A DNA stretch of 62,097 nucleotides, filler included, from Acidimicrobiia bacterium (GTDB lineage Bacteria; Actinomycetota; Acidimicrobiia; Spongiisociales; CAZKJJ01): assembly GCA_046759765.1 (NCBI GenBank). It is 6 parts of 6 records of this genome, joined end to end, with 100 filler letters (N's around TTAATTAATTAA, not from the genome) between each part and the next. Parts side by side here need not be neighbours in the genome. Positions count along the whole stretch, not along the records: positions 1 to 10,436 come from JBHICV010000081.1; positions 10,537 to 20,892 come from JBHICV010000082.1; 4 more parts are not named here. The stretch is one strand, 5' to 3'. A program made the translations under genes and the position numbers. Position 1 is the stretch's first letter. The number at the start of each line of letters is the position of its first letter. Positions 1 through 11,455 of this stretch are shown piece by piece. The notes below the pieces were generated by a model that was given only the letters and a program-made list of their open reading frames with translations, ran no database searches and was not told where the DNA came from.

Positions 1-2
1 CC

Positions 3-146
3 GACGCGGTGATCTCCTTCAGCGTCACCACCAGCCCGGGCGACTACGTCCAGGCCTCCGACGGTGAGCTCACCGTCTTTGTGGTCAACGAAGACACCTC
101 CGACTGGATCCGCATCGACGACATCACCGTCACGGTCACCCAGTGA
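3..146 (+). CDS. C-terminal fragment of a probable secreted beta-rich protein (5' truncated by window edge)
   Basis: Open frame DAVISFSVTTSPGDYVQASDGELTVFVVNEDTSDWIRIDDITVTVTQ* with strong GC3 codon bias. Confidence 0.6.
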   Translation, partial: DAVISFSVTTSPGDYVQASDGELTVFVVNEDTSDWIRIDDITVTVTQ

Positions 147-1070
147 TCCGACGATCACCCCTGGGCCTCACGATATGGCTTCCACCTCCCAGGATCCCGA
201 ATACCGTCCACAGTTCCCAATCGATCGCCCAGATCACAGCCACATAAGGCGTTCGCTGCAGTCAGCGATCATGCTCCATGCCAGCGCTTGTCCTTGAGAC
301 CCGAGCCAGGCGGCCAGGGACCGCTGCGGCCTACCTTCTGCATTCGAGCACCCGCTCCCCCGCCATGCGCACTCCAGACCCCGTCTGGCGTACCCACTCC
401 TCGACAGCACTCAGCTGCCGACTGTGCCTTCAGGGCTTGCTCCTGAGCCTCGACCGCCCCTCCGTTCGGTGAGGAACGGCGGCTCGTCGTCAAGGTCCTC
501 GACGACGAGGGAAGCTCGTGCTCGACGAGTTACACATCGGGCTCTAATCGAGGCTCTCCAAGACATCGTCGGTCTCCTCGCCCGAGTCGTTCGAGACGAC
601 TCGGCCGAGCTCCACAAAGAGTGGCGATGACCTGCCACCCGGAAGGAAGCGGCTCGGTCCGGATGCGCCGCGTGGGCTCGAGGTTCGTGTCGGAGGAGCG
701 ACACCCACTTTGACTACACGGGAGGCACCACTCACGAACTGGTACTCAATCCCGGCCTAAGAAACCGAGCACGGCTGGCAGCCAGGCTCGGGGACCGCCG
801 CAGCCCTATGGCTCGCCGAGTCCCCGACCGAGCTGGGGTTCAACCTTGCCGAGCCGGCATTCTTTCGTCTGAAAGATCGGCAGGCGAACGGCTCCGGTCG
901 GCCTTCTGGTCAGAATTCGAAGTAGGGCAAGGGTTTGCGGTCGTGTTTTCGTGCCGATCCCCATGCCTACGCCGCCGACTTGCATTCCGCGGGACCAGTC
1001 CGCCCGGGAGTGGAATTCTGTTCGTCGCCTGCGGCTCGCACGTCTCTCTCTTCCTGAAGGCCGCAATGGG

Positions 1071-2579
1071 TCAACGGTTGAATCCGCAGGCTCCGTCGCA
1101 GAACGGTGAGTTGGAAGTAGCTCCGCAAGCGCAAAACGCCGCTCGGGTTTCACGCACATCACCCGACCGCGTTTCTAGCCGGAGATCGCCGCGCGCCAAC
1201 AGCGGGCCCTCCTCAATGCGCTGAAAACGTGTGGGGGTGAGTGCTTCTTCGGCCGGGCCGGGCTTGAGTTGATAATGCAGCGCTCCGGTCGGGCAACGCC
1301 GGATCACATCAGCGAGTTCAGCGGGGTCTGCTTCGTCCGGGCTCACCCAAGGTCGGCGGTTCGTATCGAAAACGGCAGGCAGCCCGCGTAGACACTCAGC
1401 GAAGTGGAGGCAGCGGGCTGGGTCGTAGTACACAGTTATGCCGCCACCCCGATACGACTTAACGGGCGCGGCCCGGTCGGCATCCCGTGTGCGTGTGGCC
1501 GGAGACCCTGCTGCCTCTCGGCTTAAGGACCTCTTGGCAGTGCTCCGAATGTCGACCGACGGCAAGGGGCGCTGGGCTGGCCCTTTGAGAACCTTGCCCG
1601 TGAAGTCGTAGCTAGATCCGTGGCAAGGGCAATCCCACGTGCGGTCTTTGCTGTTCCAGCCCACTGTGCAGCCCAGGTGAGTGCATCGCGCGGCCAAGCT
1701 GTACAGAGCGCCGCTGTCATCGACGAAGGCAGCAACTTGCTGCCCCTCGTGGTCGACGATCGCGCCTTCCCCCGGCCGTAGTTCCTGGAGTGACGCTCCT
1801 ATGGTCTTGCAGACGAGAACATCGCAGGGCGCCCGATGTGACACCTTGTTAGGCACCGCTGAGAGTAAGAGCCGTCGGGCCCCGGCCATTCCTTTGTTTC
1901 CGACCACGATCAGATCGTGGCCCTCTTCGCGGGCCAGCCGACAGATGCGATCGGCGGGATCGCCCCGAACAACTCGCTTAGGCATTGCGGTATCGCCTAG
2001 CCGCTCCCCCGTGTCGCGGAGCACGATGTCACCGATGAGCTCATTGCCCACGAAGACAAGAGACGTGTCAGCTTCGAGCGCCGTGGCCAGCTCGTGACCC
2101 CGACTGGCGGCCCGGTGGGCGGTAAAGGATCCGTCGGTGGCGACGAGGACGCTCCGGTACAACCCCTCGAGCTGGGCTTCCCTTCCGGGCCGGGAACTCT
2201 TCACGACAAGGAGATCTACGGGCGAGTAGTGCGAGACGCGATCAGGTACGCCGCCCAAGACAAACCGGCTGGCCCGACCCATACCTCTGTCACCCACAAC
2301 GATCAAGTTGGCTCCAACTTCCCCAGCCGCCCCCATAAGAGCGTCGGCCGGATCGCCGGTCCGAAGCTCGGCGATCGCTTGGACCCCGGCCCGGCGCGCC
2401 CGATCGACCGCGGCACTCAGCACCTGGCCGGCTGCGGTCGGCCCCGTCTGCACAGAATCAAAGGCCGTAAGGATGACGAGATGCGCGGAACAAGCTCCGG
2501 CCAGTCCGGCAGCCACGCGCTCGGCGACGGCTGCCGTCTCGGAGCCGTCCGTGCCGACGAGAATCGTCCCGTAGCTCAT
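1071..2579 (-). CDS. Multidomain fusion: two universal stress protein domains + Rieske 2Fe-2S + divergent 4Fe-4S (Fer4_19-like) + CDGSH-like domain
   Basis: ILVGTDGS...LIVVGDRG and VLVATDGS...[11 protein letters not shown] motifs; CTHLGC...CPCHGS Rieske; CLHFAEC...[25 protein letters not shown] at 2579 overlaps the upstream TGA (ATGA). Confidence 0.85.
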   Translation of the reverse strand: MSYGTILVGTDGSETAAVAERVAAGLAGACSAHLVILTAFDSVQTGPTAAGQVLSAAVDRARRAGVQAIAELRTGDPADALMGAAGEVGANLIVVGDRGMGRASRFVLGGVPDRVSHYSPVDLLVVKSSRPGREAQLEGLYRSVLVATDGSFTAHRAASRGHELATALEADTSLVFVGNELIGDIVLRDTGERLGDTAMPKRVVRGDPADRICRLAREEGHDLIVVGNKGMAGARRLLLSAVPNKVSHRAPCDVLVCKTIGASLQELRPGEGAIVDHEGQQVAAFVDDSGALYSLAARCTHLGCTVGWNSKDRTWDCPCHGSSYDFTGKVLKGPAQRPLPSVDIRSTAKRSLSREAAGSPATRTRDADRAAPVKSYRGGGITVYYDPARCLHFAECLRGLPAVFDTNRRPWVSPDEADPAELADVIRRCPTGALHYQLKPGPAEEALTPTRFQRIEEGPLLARGDLRLETRSGDVRETRAAFCACGATSNSPFCDGACGFNR

Positions 2580-3061
2580 GAGTACGCCTCTTCGGACCGC
2601 ACACTCTCGTGGCCTCGGAGAGCCATGGCCACCCGGTCGACCAGATTCTTCACACTGGCCTCGGCAACTCGATGCAGCACCCATCGGTCCAACAACCGGC
2701 CGGCTGGCCCCAAGGGCGGCACATAAGAGCCTTGAAAGGTGAGCTGAGTGGCATGCGGGCCGAGAGGTTCGATCATCAGATCGGCGTCCATTCGAGGAAA
2801 GAGCGCAGTCGGTCCAGTAGCGGTCCAGCTCAGGGAGAGGACGGCTCTATCCGTCCCGGCATAGCCGTCCTCTATGTGAAGCTCAACCGTCTTGGCGATC
2901 AGGGGGGATTCGAGGCCGCCCACACCGATCTTGACCGTAAGCCTCTCGCCGTCGCGGTAGGCGTCGGTGGCCCACTCACCCAACGCAAGGGCTTGCGGCG
3001 TGAAGGCCGCCGCCAACTCGGAGAACGGCCGCTCCAGGTGGGTGTAGTACTTAACGAACAC
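2576..3061 (-). CDS. Hypothetical protein, possibly SRPBCC/START-like fold
   Basis: GTG at 3061 preceded by [15 protein letters not shown]...[19 protein letters not shown] pattern seen in actinobacterial hypotheticals; translationally coupled to the USP fusion. Confidence 0.65.
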   Translation of the reverse strand: MFVKYYTHLERPFSELAAAFTPQALALGEWATDAYRDGERLTVKIGVGGLESPLIAKTVELHIEDGYAGTDRAVLSLSWTATGPTALFPRMDADLMIEPLGPHATQLTFQGSYVPPLGPAGRLLDRWVLHRVAEASVKNLVDRVAMALRGHESVRSEEAYS

Positions 3062-3150
3062 GGTTGGTCGTGACCCTCCTGTGGTCGTGGCAAGAGCAGA
3101 CGCTCTCGGCTGTTGAGCGCCATTGCAGCACTGGCCCGTCGGCATCTTCA

Positions 3151-3164
3151 GAGGCGAAGGTCCC
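3151..3164. promoter_or_regulatory. Candidate DosR/DevR-like binding box upstream of the USP-fusion operon
   Basis: Reverse complement GGGACCTTCGCCTC resembles the GGGACTWWAGTCCC core (10/14). Confidence 0.45.
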
Positions 3165-3287
3165 AACAACACACGACAGATGCGAACTACGGACGTCATA
3201 TAGCCCAGCGCTAGCCTCACTCTCGCCAGGCCTTGCCTCCCGGTCAGCGTGTCGGTCATCCAACCGTTCAGCTCGGTGCTTCCTTAG

Positions 3288-3512
3288 CTACGGAAAGAGG
3301 ATGTTGCCTGTCTCCGCGTCCTCGACTGTGATCGCCTCCATGGGGCACTGTTCGGCAGCTTCGATGATGTCGTGCTTGGTGCCACCGGCCACGTTGATGA
3401 CTGTGGACTGCCCGTTCTCGTTCAGGGCGAAGACCCCGGGTGCCGACTGGATGCACAGCCGCGAACCGACGCACTTGTTGTGGTCCACTGAAATGCGTAT
3501 CTCGTCACCCAT
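3288..3512 (-). CDS. Ferredoxin (3Fe-4S/4Fe-4S monocluster, P450-associated type)
   Basis: CVGSRLC...CPMEAI motif; directly downstream of the P450; alternative start at 3545. Confidence 0.9.
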   Translation of the reverse strand: MGDEIRISVDHNKCVGSRLCIQSAPGVFALNENGQSTVINVAGGTKHDIIEAAEQCPMEAITVEDAETGNILFP

Positions 3513-3538
3513 GCCTTCTGCCCTCTGGGGCTCCCTGG

Positions 3539-4750
3539 TCACCATTTGACGGGCATGGCCCTCAGTGCTCGGCTGACAACTGTGCGGTGATATTCCAGTT
3601 CATCCGTCTCGAGGGTTGGGCAGGGCAGCCGTCGCGTCAGCGCCGAGAACGCTTCTTGGGCTTCCATCCTCGCGAGCGAAGCCCCCAGACAGACGTGGAT
3701 GCCATGGGCGAAGGCCACGTGAGGATTGGGATCCCGGGCGACATCCAGCCGGTCGGGTTCCTGGAACTGATCTGGGTCACGGTTGGCAGCCGACAGACCG
3801 ACGAGGATCCGCTCTCCCTGTTGCATGTGCCGGTCTCCAATGTCGACGCTCTCCTTGGCCCAGCGCACCGTGGCTTTCACTGAGCCGTCGTAGCGGAGGA
3901 GCTCCTCGACTGCGGTTCCGATGAGAGCCGGGTCTTGCCGAAGCCGATCCCATTCCTGTGGATGCCGTATCAGGGCGAGCGTGCCGTTGGCGATAAGGTT
4001 CATAGTGGTCTCGTGACCGCCGAACACCAGCAGAACGCACGTGGCGAGGACATCTTCGGAGGTCAGGTCTCCTCGTTCTTCGGCGTAGGTAAGGAGGCTG
4101 ATCAGATCGCCGTTGGGATGAGCCCGCCTGTCGTCGATCACCGGGGTCAGGTAGTCGACCAACGCGGTGACGCCCTCGCAGGCGATCTCGCGCCGGCGCG
4201 GCTCGTCGGCGCGAATGAAGAAGAAGGTGCCTAGCTGCTCGGACCACTCCTTGATCCGAACCCGGTCCAGATCGGGGACGCCCATCAGGGTGAGAATGAC
4301 CGTCATCGGCACCTGGTAGGCAAGATCCCTCACGACCTCCATGCGCCCCTTCGCCTCGATTTCATCGAGCACCTTCTCGACGATGCCCCGGACAACAAAG
4401 CGGTACTTCTCGACACCTTTCGGTGTCAACGGCTTGTTCAACAGATTCCGCAGCTTCGTGTGATAAGGGGGGTCACTAAAGACCATCCAGCGGGAGAGAA
4501 TCCGAAAGATCGGCTCGAGGCTCTCGCGTTCCTCCTCCGATAGCTCGTTGGCCAGAAACGCCATTCGATCAGAGGAGAACCGCTCGGCGTCACGCAACAC
4601 GGGGACCACGTCGGCATAGCGGGTGAGCACCCAGCCTCCCCATCGCTCGTTCCAGTGCACGGGATCGGCCTCCCGGAGCTCTCGGTAGTAGGTGTGGGGA
4701 TCGTGGATCACCTCCGGAGCCATTAGATCGTCACTCAAAGCAGCTTCCAT
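3539..4750 (-). CDS. Cytochrome P450
   Basis: GGHETT I-helix, EELLR (ExxR), FAHGIHVCLG heme-Cys motif; alternative start at 4780. Confidence 0.95.
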   Translation of the reverse strand: MEAALSDDLMAPEVIHDPHTYYRELREADPVHWNERWGGWVLTRYADVVPVLRDAERFSSDRMAFLANELSEEERESLEPIFRILSRWMVFSDPPYHTKLRNLLNKPLTPKGVEKYRFVVRGIVEKVLDEIEAKGRMEVVRDLAYQVPMTVILTLMGVPDLDRVRIKEWSEQLGTFFFIRADEPRRREIACEGVTALVDYLTPVIDDRRAHPNGDLISLLTYAEERGDLTSEDVLATCVLLVFGGHETTMNLIANGTLALIRHPQEWDRLRQDPALIGTAVEELLRYDGSVKATVRWAKESVDIGDRHMQQGERILVGLSAANRDPDQFQEPDRLDVARDPNPHVAFAHGIHVCLGASLARMEAQEAFSALTRRLPCPTLETDELEYHRTVVSRALRAMPVKW

Positions 4751-4968
4751 GGTCGACCTTTCTTCACCACTGCCGGACATCCGCCATGCGGAGTCGGTAG
4801 ATGCTCCTGCGGACAGGGGCGTTGGTCACATGCTCCGCCCTGCCAGGAATGTCATAACTGGCCGGACAGCGCTCATGACAGGCCTCCAGCGCTCCTTGGG
4901 AAACGAGTGTCCGCCCGAGGGAACAGTACTCCGCCAGGCTGCACGAGGCGCGCCAGAATGGGCCGCCG

Positions 4969-5427
4969 TTAGCGGCGATGAGAGTCGGCGGGGATCTTCA
5001 TTCGACCCTCCTGGAGGGCCCGGTCATCGTCAGCGATCTGCTGGAGTGTGCCTTCGCTTAATCGGTCGATGAGCGCCTGACGGGCGGCGGACCACACGCT
5101 GTGTAGTGCACATACGTCCTCCCAGTGGCAGGGACCTCCCCGCAGCGCACACTCGCTTTGATTGAGGGGTCCCTCCAGGGCCTCGACGATCTCCAGGATC
5201 GTGACCGCGTCCGCGGAGGGCACCAGGGCGTAGCCACCTCCACGTCCCGGCCGTGATCTCACCAGGCCAGCTCTGATCAGGTCCTGTAACACCTGGTGGA
5301 GGAAGTCTTTGGGGATCCCCATCGCAGTAGCGATCTCGGTGGCGTTAGCTTGGTTCGGGGCTTCGTTGGCCAGATATATCAGGGCGCGGATTCCGTAGTC
5401 CGTGCGACGTGTAGGCACGATTTTCAT
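4969..5427 (-). CDS. Rrf2 family transcriptional regulator (Fe-S type)
   Basis: TDYGIRAL, RSRPGRGGGYAL, ITILEI-like TILEIVEALEG, C-x6-C-x5-C-ALH cysteines. Confidence 0.93.
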   Translation of the reverse strand: MKIVPTRRTDYGIRALIYLANEAPNQANATEIATAMGIPKDFLHQVLQDLIRAGLVRSRPGRGGGYALVPSADAVTILEIVEALEGPLNQSECALRGGPCHWEDVCALHSVWSAARQALIDRLSEGTLQQIADDDRALQEGRMKIPADSHRR

Positions 5428-5489
5428 CGATTCTTCCGTGGCTAGATGGGCGAGAAGTTCATAGGGCCACTGCTACCCAGGCTATTTGA

Positions 5490-5509
5490 AGTTCGTTGAT
5501 CTACGAACT
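5490..5509. promoter_or_regulatory. Palindromic operator candidate between rrf2 and the oxidase operon
   Basis: AGTTCGT-N6-ACGAACT perfect 7-bp inverted repeat in the divergent intergenic region. Confidence 0.45.
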
Positions 5510-5583
5510 ATACATACAGCCCGAGCGGGCGGTCAGGGCTCGTCGGGGTCGCCCGCCGAGTGGCTTCAAGGGCGGGAGGCCCG

Positions 5584-6333
5584 GTGAAGCGAGAATGGCT
5601 GATCCTGGGCGGGCTGTGGGCCATCCTCACGGCGCTAATGGAGCTGGCCGTGTGGACCTTGTCGATGCTCCCAGAGCAGTATGCCCGTGAGGCGAAGATT
5701 GTCGACGACGCCTACGTCCTCCTGATGGCCTTCGGGGCTCCGGTGTTCGCCTTCGTGGTTGCCATGCTGCTGTACTCCGGCTTCCGTTACCGGATTAGGG
5801 GCCCCACGACTGCGGACGGGCCGGCAATCACCAGCAACCGATGGGTCGTCGGGATCTGGCTGGGCCTAACCGGGCTTTTGGCCGCGACCGTGCTGGTGTT
5901 TCCCGGATTCACGGGCCTAGCCGAACTCCGTGCAGATCAGTCCGCTGACATCGTTATCGAAGTGGAAGGTGCTCGCTGGTTCTGGGTCCTCACGTACCCG
6001 AACGGCGGCACGACCCAAGACGAGTTAGTAGTCCCCGTCAATACACGAATCCGTTTCGACGTGACCAGCGTCGACATCCTTCATTCGTTTTGGGTGCCGG
6101 CATTCCGGACCAAGATCGACGCCGTACCTGGACGGGTGACTCAGCTGTTCGTGACCCCCGACCGGGTTGGCACCATCGCTGACGATTCGAACCTGCGTGT
6201 GCAGTGCGCCGAGTTCTGCGGCCTCGGCCATGATCGGATGGCAATCCCGGTTCGCGTTGTCCCAGCAGCAGAATTCGGAACGTGGATGGGCGGTCTTCTG
6301 GGCCAGGCACATGGCGGCAAGGAAGGAGCCTGA
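5584..6333 (+). CDS. ctaC: Cytochrome c oxidase subunit II
   Basis: DILHSFWVP and CAEFCGLGHDRM CuA motif; no CxxCH cytochrome c domain; GTG at 5584 after GGAGG. Confidence 0.95.
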   Translation: MKREWLILGGLWAILTALMELAVWTLSMLPEQYAREAKIVDDAYVLLMAFGAPVFAFVVAMLLYSGFRYRIRGPTTADGPAITSNRWVVGIWLGLTGLLAATVLVFPGFTGLAELRADQSADIVIEVEGARWFWVLTYPNGGTTQDELVVPVNTRIRFDVTSVDILHSFWVPAFRTKIDAVPGRVTQLFVTPDRVGTIADDSNLRVQCAEFCGLGHDRMAIPVRVVPAAEFGTWMGGLLGQAHGGKEGA

Positions 6334-6338
6334 GTGTC

Positions 6339-8146
<1,808 letters not shown>

Positions 8147-8150
<4 letters not shown>

Positions 8151-8395
8151 CCAGCAGCAACGAGACAGCGTCGGCAGTTCAAACCACCCAACAGAAGGCC
8201 GCACTTCGCGGGAGGACCCGCCTCGGTCTGCGGGTGGGGCTGGGCCTAGCGGTCCTGACGGCGATCGAGTTCGTCATCGCGGTGAGCATCGAAGACCCAC
8301 TCGTTTGGCTGCTGCCCTTCATGGTCTCCAAGGGCTGGCTGATCCTCGACTATTTCATGCATGTCCGGGACGTCTCGAGTGAAGGAGGACGGTGA
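8147..8395 (+). CDS. Cytochrome c oxidase subunit IV family small membrane protein
   Basis: LAVLTAIEF...KGWLILDYFMHV motif; ATGA overlap with ctaD. Confidence 0.8.
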
Positions 8396-8967
8396 TGGCA
8401 CTGTCCACGCCCGCTGCTCACGCCCGGGCTGAAGCGGCTTACCGTCCCCGGGCCAACCGCCTCGGTCTCTGGCTTTTCCTTGCCTCCGAGACGTTCCTGT
8501 TTGCCGCGGTCATCTCCACCCGCTACTTCACTTCCGGAACCCAAGTACCCGAGGAGGCCAATCAGGCTCTGGCGGTGGCAATCACAACTGTGCTGCTCGC
8601 GTCAAGCGTGAGCGCCTACCTAGCCGAGAGTTCGATTGCCACGGACGACCGGCAGCGATTCCTGCGTTACATCACGATTACGATCGGACTTGGACTCCTG
8701 TTCCTGATCGGCGTGGGACTCGAGTTCCGCGAGGCCTACGAGTTCTTCCCACCCGGGACCATCTACGGAAGCGCCTTCGTCACCCTCATAGGATTCCACG
8801 GCTTCCACGTCCTCAGTGGCGTCGTGGCACTAGCAGCGGTGTTGAACCTCGGTCGACAGGGCCACTTCGGTTCTCAGAACTACTGGGGTGCCGAGGGCGT
8901 CATCAAGTATTGGCACTTCGTCGACCTCGCCTGGGTTGTGATCTACCCGACGCTCTACCTGGTCTGA
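8392..8967 (+). CDS. ctaE: Cytochrome c oxidase subunit III
   Basis: LGLWLFLASE, GFHGFHV, YWHFVDLAW. Confidence 0.95.
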   Translation: MMALSTPAAHARAEAAYRPRANRLGLWLFLASETFLFAAVISTRYFTSGTQVPEEANQALAVAITTVLLASSVSAYLAESSIATDDRQRFLRYITITIGLGLLFLIGVGLEFREAYEFFPPGTIYGSAFVTLIGFHGFHVLSGVVALAAVLNLGRQGHFGSQNYWGAEGVIKYWHFVDLAWVVIYPTLYLV

Positions 8968-8972
8968 GCAAC

Positions 8973-9545
8973 ATGACGCCGCGCAGTGGAGCCCCAACTC
9001 CGGCCTCGTTCCGAGTGCACCGGTACCGCCGGATCCTGCGCGCAGTTGGCATCGTGGCAGTCGTGGTAGCGCTTATGTGGGCGGTCTCCGCCGCCGCCCT
9101 GCTGATATACACGCGTGGAACGCGGGACGCCACCACCCACGAGCTGGTGATCCCGCCGGGCACCCAGGAACGGATTGCCGCCGGCGAAAACGCACTCGCG
9201 CTCCCGCCGACCTGGAGCTTCTACGCGGATGACGAGCTCGTTTTGCTCAACCAGGATCTGGTCCCGCACCGCATTGGTCCATGGGTGGTCGGCCCGAACA
9301 GCACCCTCAGCATCATCCTGCAGCCGCGCCTCGGCGGCCCGTTTCTTTGTTCGCTTCACCCTGCCGGCGAGATCGCGCTCGACATCCAGCCGCGTACATT
9401 CAACTGGCGACTGACCGCCGCCCCCACTCTGCTACTGGGTCTGCCACTCGGACTCCTGGCCGTGGCAGGACGACGAGCGATGCGGCTCCTCGACGACCCC
9501 CGCTCAACAGAATCACTCGAAGACCGAGAAAGGAGCACCCTATGA
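8973..9545 (+). CDS. Membrane-anchored protein with a cupredoxin-like domain
   Basis: Two TM segments flanking NQDLVPH...FLCSLHP (His/Cys/His, no axial Met). Confidence 0.55.
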   Translation: MTPRSGAPTPASFRVHRYRRILRAVGIVAVVVALMWAVSAAALLIYTRGTRDATTHELVIPPGTQERIAAGENALALPPTWSFYADDELVLLNQDLVPHRIGPWVVGPNSTLSIILQPRLGGPFLCSLHPAGEIALDIQPRTFNWRLTAAPTLLLGLPLGLLAVAGRRAMRLLDDPRSTESLEDRERSTL

Positions 9546-9973
9546 GCCTTGGGAAGCCTGCCCGGCTGGCCCTTGTTACAGCCCTCGCTGGGCTGATCGT
9601 CGCCTCCTGCGGAGGTGGCGACAACGGTGAAGATGCCGGGGGGAGCCCGGCCACGTCCATAACGATCCTGGCGACCGAGTTCGCCTTCAATCCCAGCAGC
9701 GTGACGGTCGCAGCCAGGCAGGATGTGACCATCACCCTTGACAACTTGGGAGCCATTGAACACGAGTGGACGATCCTCAAGGCGGGTACCACCATCAACA
9801 GCGAGGCCGAGTTCGACGAGTCGCAGGTGCTATTCAAAGTGCCCTCGGTGGCAGCCGGCCAGTCTGCCAGCGGCTCCTTCAACGTGGCCGCAGGTAGCTA
9901 CCAGATCATCTGCATCATTCAGGGACACTTCGACGCGGGAATGAAAGGAACACTGTCCGCCAGGTCAGGATGA
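9542..9973 (+). CDS. Cupredoxin (plastocyanin/azurin family) lipoprotein
   Basis: Lipobox IVASC; EFAFNP; HEW; CIIQGHFDAGM type-1 copper ligands; ATG at 9542 after AAGGAG. Confidence 0.9.
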   Translation: MSLGKPARLALVTALAGLIVASCGGGDNGEDAGGSPATSITILATEFAFNPSSVTVAARQDVTITLDNLGAIEHEWTILKAGTTINSEAEFDESQVLFKVPSVAAGQSASGSFNVAAGSYQIICIIQGHFDAGMKGTLSARSG

Positions 9974-10258
9974 CGTCCAACCCCGCGGCGTAGTAAGAAC
10001 AACCGAAGCTCATCGGACTGGGCGGGTGTGTTCTGTCAGAGTATCTACCCGGTGCGCCACCAACCGGTTGCAGATTCCCTCCACGAGCATTGCCCCATCC
10101 AGCATGGTCGCCGGCCGCAGCGGGTTCCCCAACTGGGCAACGGTGGTCTGCAGCAGCGGCGCGGCTATCGCATCGTTCGGGGAGATTCCTAATTGCTGGT
10201 CACACTTCTCGGCGGTTCAATCTTTTATATGGGTATAGGCCCATCCTCGGGAGGGGTC

Positions 10259-10436
10259 GTGCTGCCAGACAGAACACTCGACGAGTCGTTCACCGAATTC
10301 GTGGAACTGGTCGAGCCGCGTTTGAAACGGGCGTTATGTGTGGGCTTTGGGCTTGATGTTGGCCTGGAAGCGACTTCGGATGCCTTGGCCTATGGCTGGG
10401 AGCATTGGGAAAGGGTCCGTCAGATGGAGAACCCGG
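10259..10436 (+). CDS. N-terminal fragment of an ECF (SigE-like) RNA polymerase sigma factor, truncated by contig end
   Basis: FTEFVELVEPRLKRAL...EATSDALAYGWEHWERVRQMENP region-2 pattern. Confidence 0.7.
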
Positions 10437-10536
10437 NNNNNNNNNNNNNNNNNNNNNNNNNNNNNNNNNNNNNNNNNNNNTTAATTAATTAANNNNNNNN
10501 NNNNNNNNNNNNNNNNNNNNNNNNNNNNNNNNNNNN
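10437..10536. other. Artificial contig linker
   Basis: 44 N + TTAATTAATTAA (stops in all frames) + 44 N. Confidence 0.99.
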
Positions 10537-10630
10537 AGAAATACCAGCCGACCCTCTCTCGGAATCACCACGTGAGAGAAGCCTCTCGGCGGGGCCAGAA
10601 CGTCAGGGTTGAGGATGGTGTGCGGCGATG

Positions 10631-11455
10631 TCATCGTCCGGACCAGTTGCGATCGCGGCCCTCCTGAAACGCACGGTAGAACTCCCGGTGGTCGTCCGTC
10701 GTCATCAGAAGCGCCTGCGTCGATGCCTCCAGCTCGATCGAGCCTGCGAGGTCCATGTCCTGCTCCCGAGCCAGTAGTGCCTTGGTTGCCCCGTAGGCAA
10801 AGGTCGGCCCGGAAGCGAGCCGGGAAGCAAGCTCCTTCGCCGAGTCCATCAGTTGGTCGTCGGGAATCGCCTGGGAGCCCAGCCCGATGCGGACCGCCTC
10901 GGCCGCCTCCACCGACTCTCCCAGCAGGAGCAGCTCGGTCGCCCGGCCGAGGCCGATCACCCTGGGTAGGAGGTAGGCGCAGCCCATATCCGCGCCGGCC
11001 AAGCCGACTTGGGTGAAGAGGAACCGGAAAGAGGCCGAGTCGGCCAGCAGCCGGATATCGGCCGCGAGGGCTATGACCGCTCCGGCACCGGCGGCGACTC
11101 CGTTGACCGCAGCAATGATCGGTTTGGGGAGGTCTCGCATCTTCTGAACGACGGCGCCCGTCATTCGTGTGAAGTCGATCAGGTCTCGGGCATCCATCTC
11201 GACGAGCTGCCCAATGATCTCGTCTACGTCGCCCCCGGAGCAGAAGCCGCGGCCCTTGCCGGTGACGAGCAGCACCGAGGCGTCATCTCGGTGCTGTAGT
11301 TCCTCGAGCAGATCCCGCAGGTCGGCGTATACCTCGAAAGTGAGAGCGTTGAGGCGCTCGGGACGATCGAACGTGACGGTGCCCACACCCTCGTCCACCT
11401 CGAAATCGAAGTGCTTCCAGGCGGAGGTGAAATCGGCCGACCCGCGATATTTCAT
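10631..11455 (-). CDS. Enoyl-CoA hydratase/isomerase family protein
   Basis: FDRPERLNAL, GFCSGGDV, AVNGVAAGAG; ATG at 11455 overlaps the upstream stop. Confidence 0.93.
   Translation of the reverse strand: MKYRGSADFTSAWKHFDFEVDEGVGTVTFDRPERLNALTFEVYADLRDLLEELQHRDDASVLLVTGKGRGFCSGGDVDEIIGQLVEMDARDLIDFTRMTGAVVQKMRDLPKPIIAAVNGVAAGAGAVIALAADIRLLADSASFRFLFTQVGLAGADMGCAYLLPRVIGLGRATELLLLGESVEAAEAVRIGLGSQAIPDDQLMDSAKELASRLASGPTFAYGATKALLAREQDMDLAGSIELEASTQALLMTTDDHREFYRAFQEGRDRNWSGR

Noticed and set aside
64..1224. Several 60-140 aa ORFs in the first kilobase
   Set aside because: Low-complexity Arg/Pro/Ser products with no motifs, typical of GC-rich non-coding frames
10010..10190. Open minus-strand frame of about 60 codons between cupredoxin and sigma fragment
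   Set aside because: No clear start or recognisable motif; at best a gene remnant
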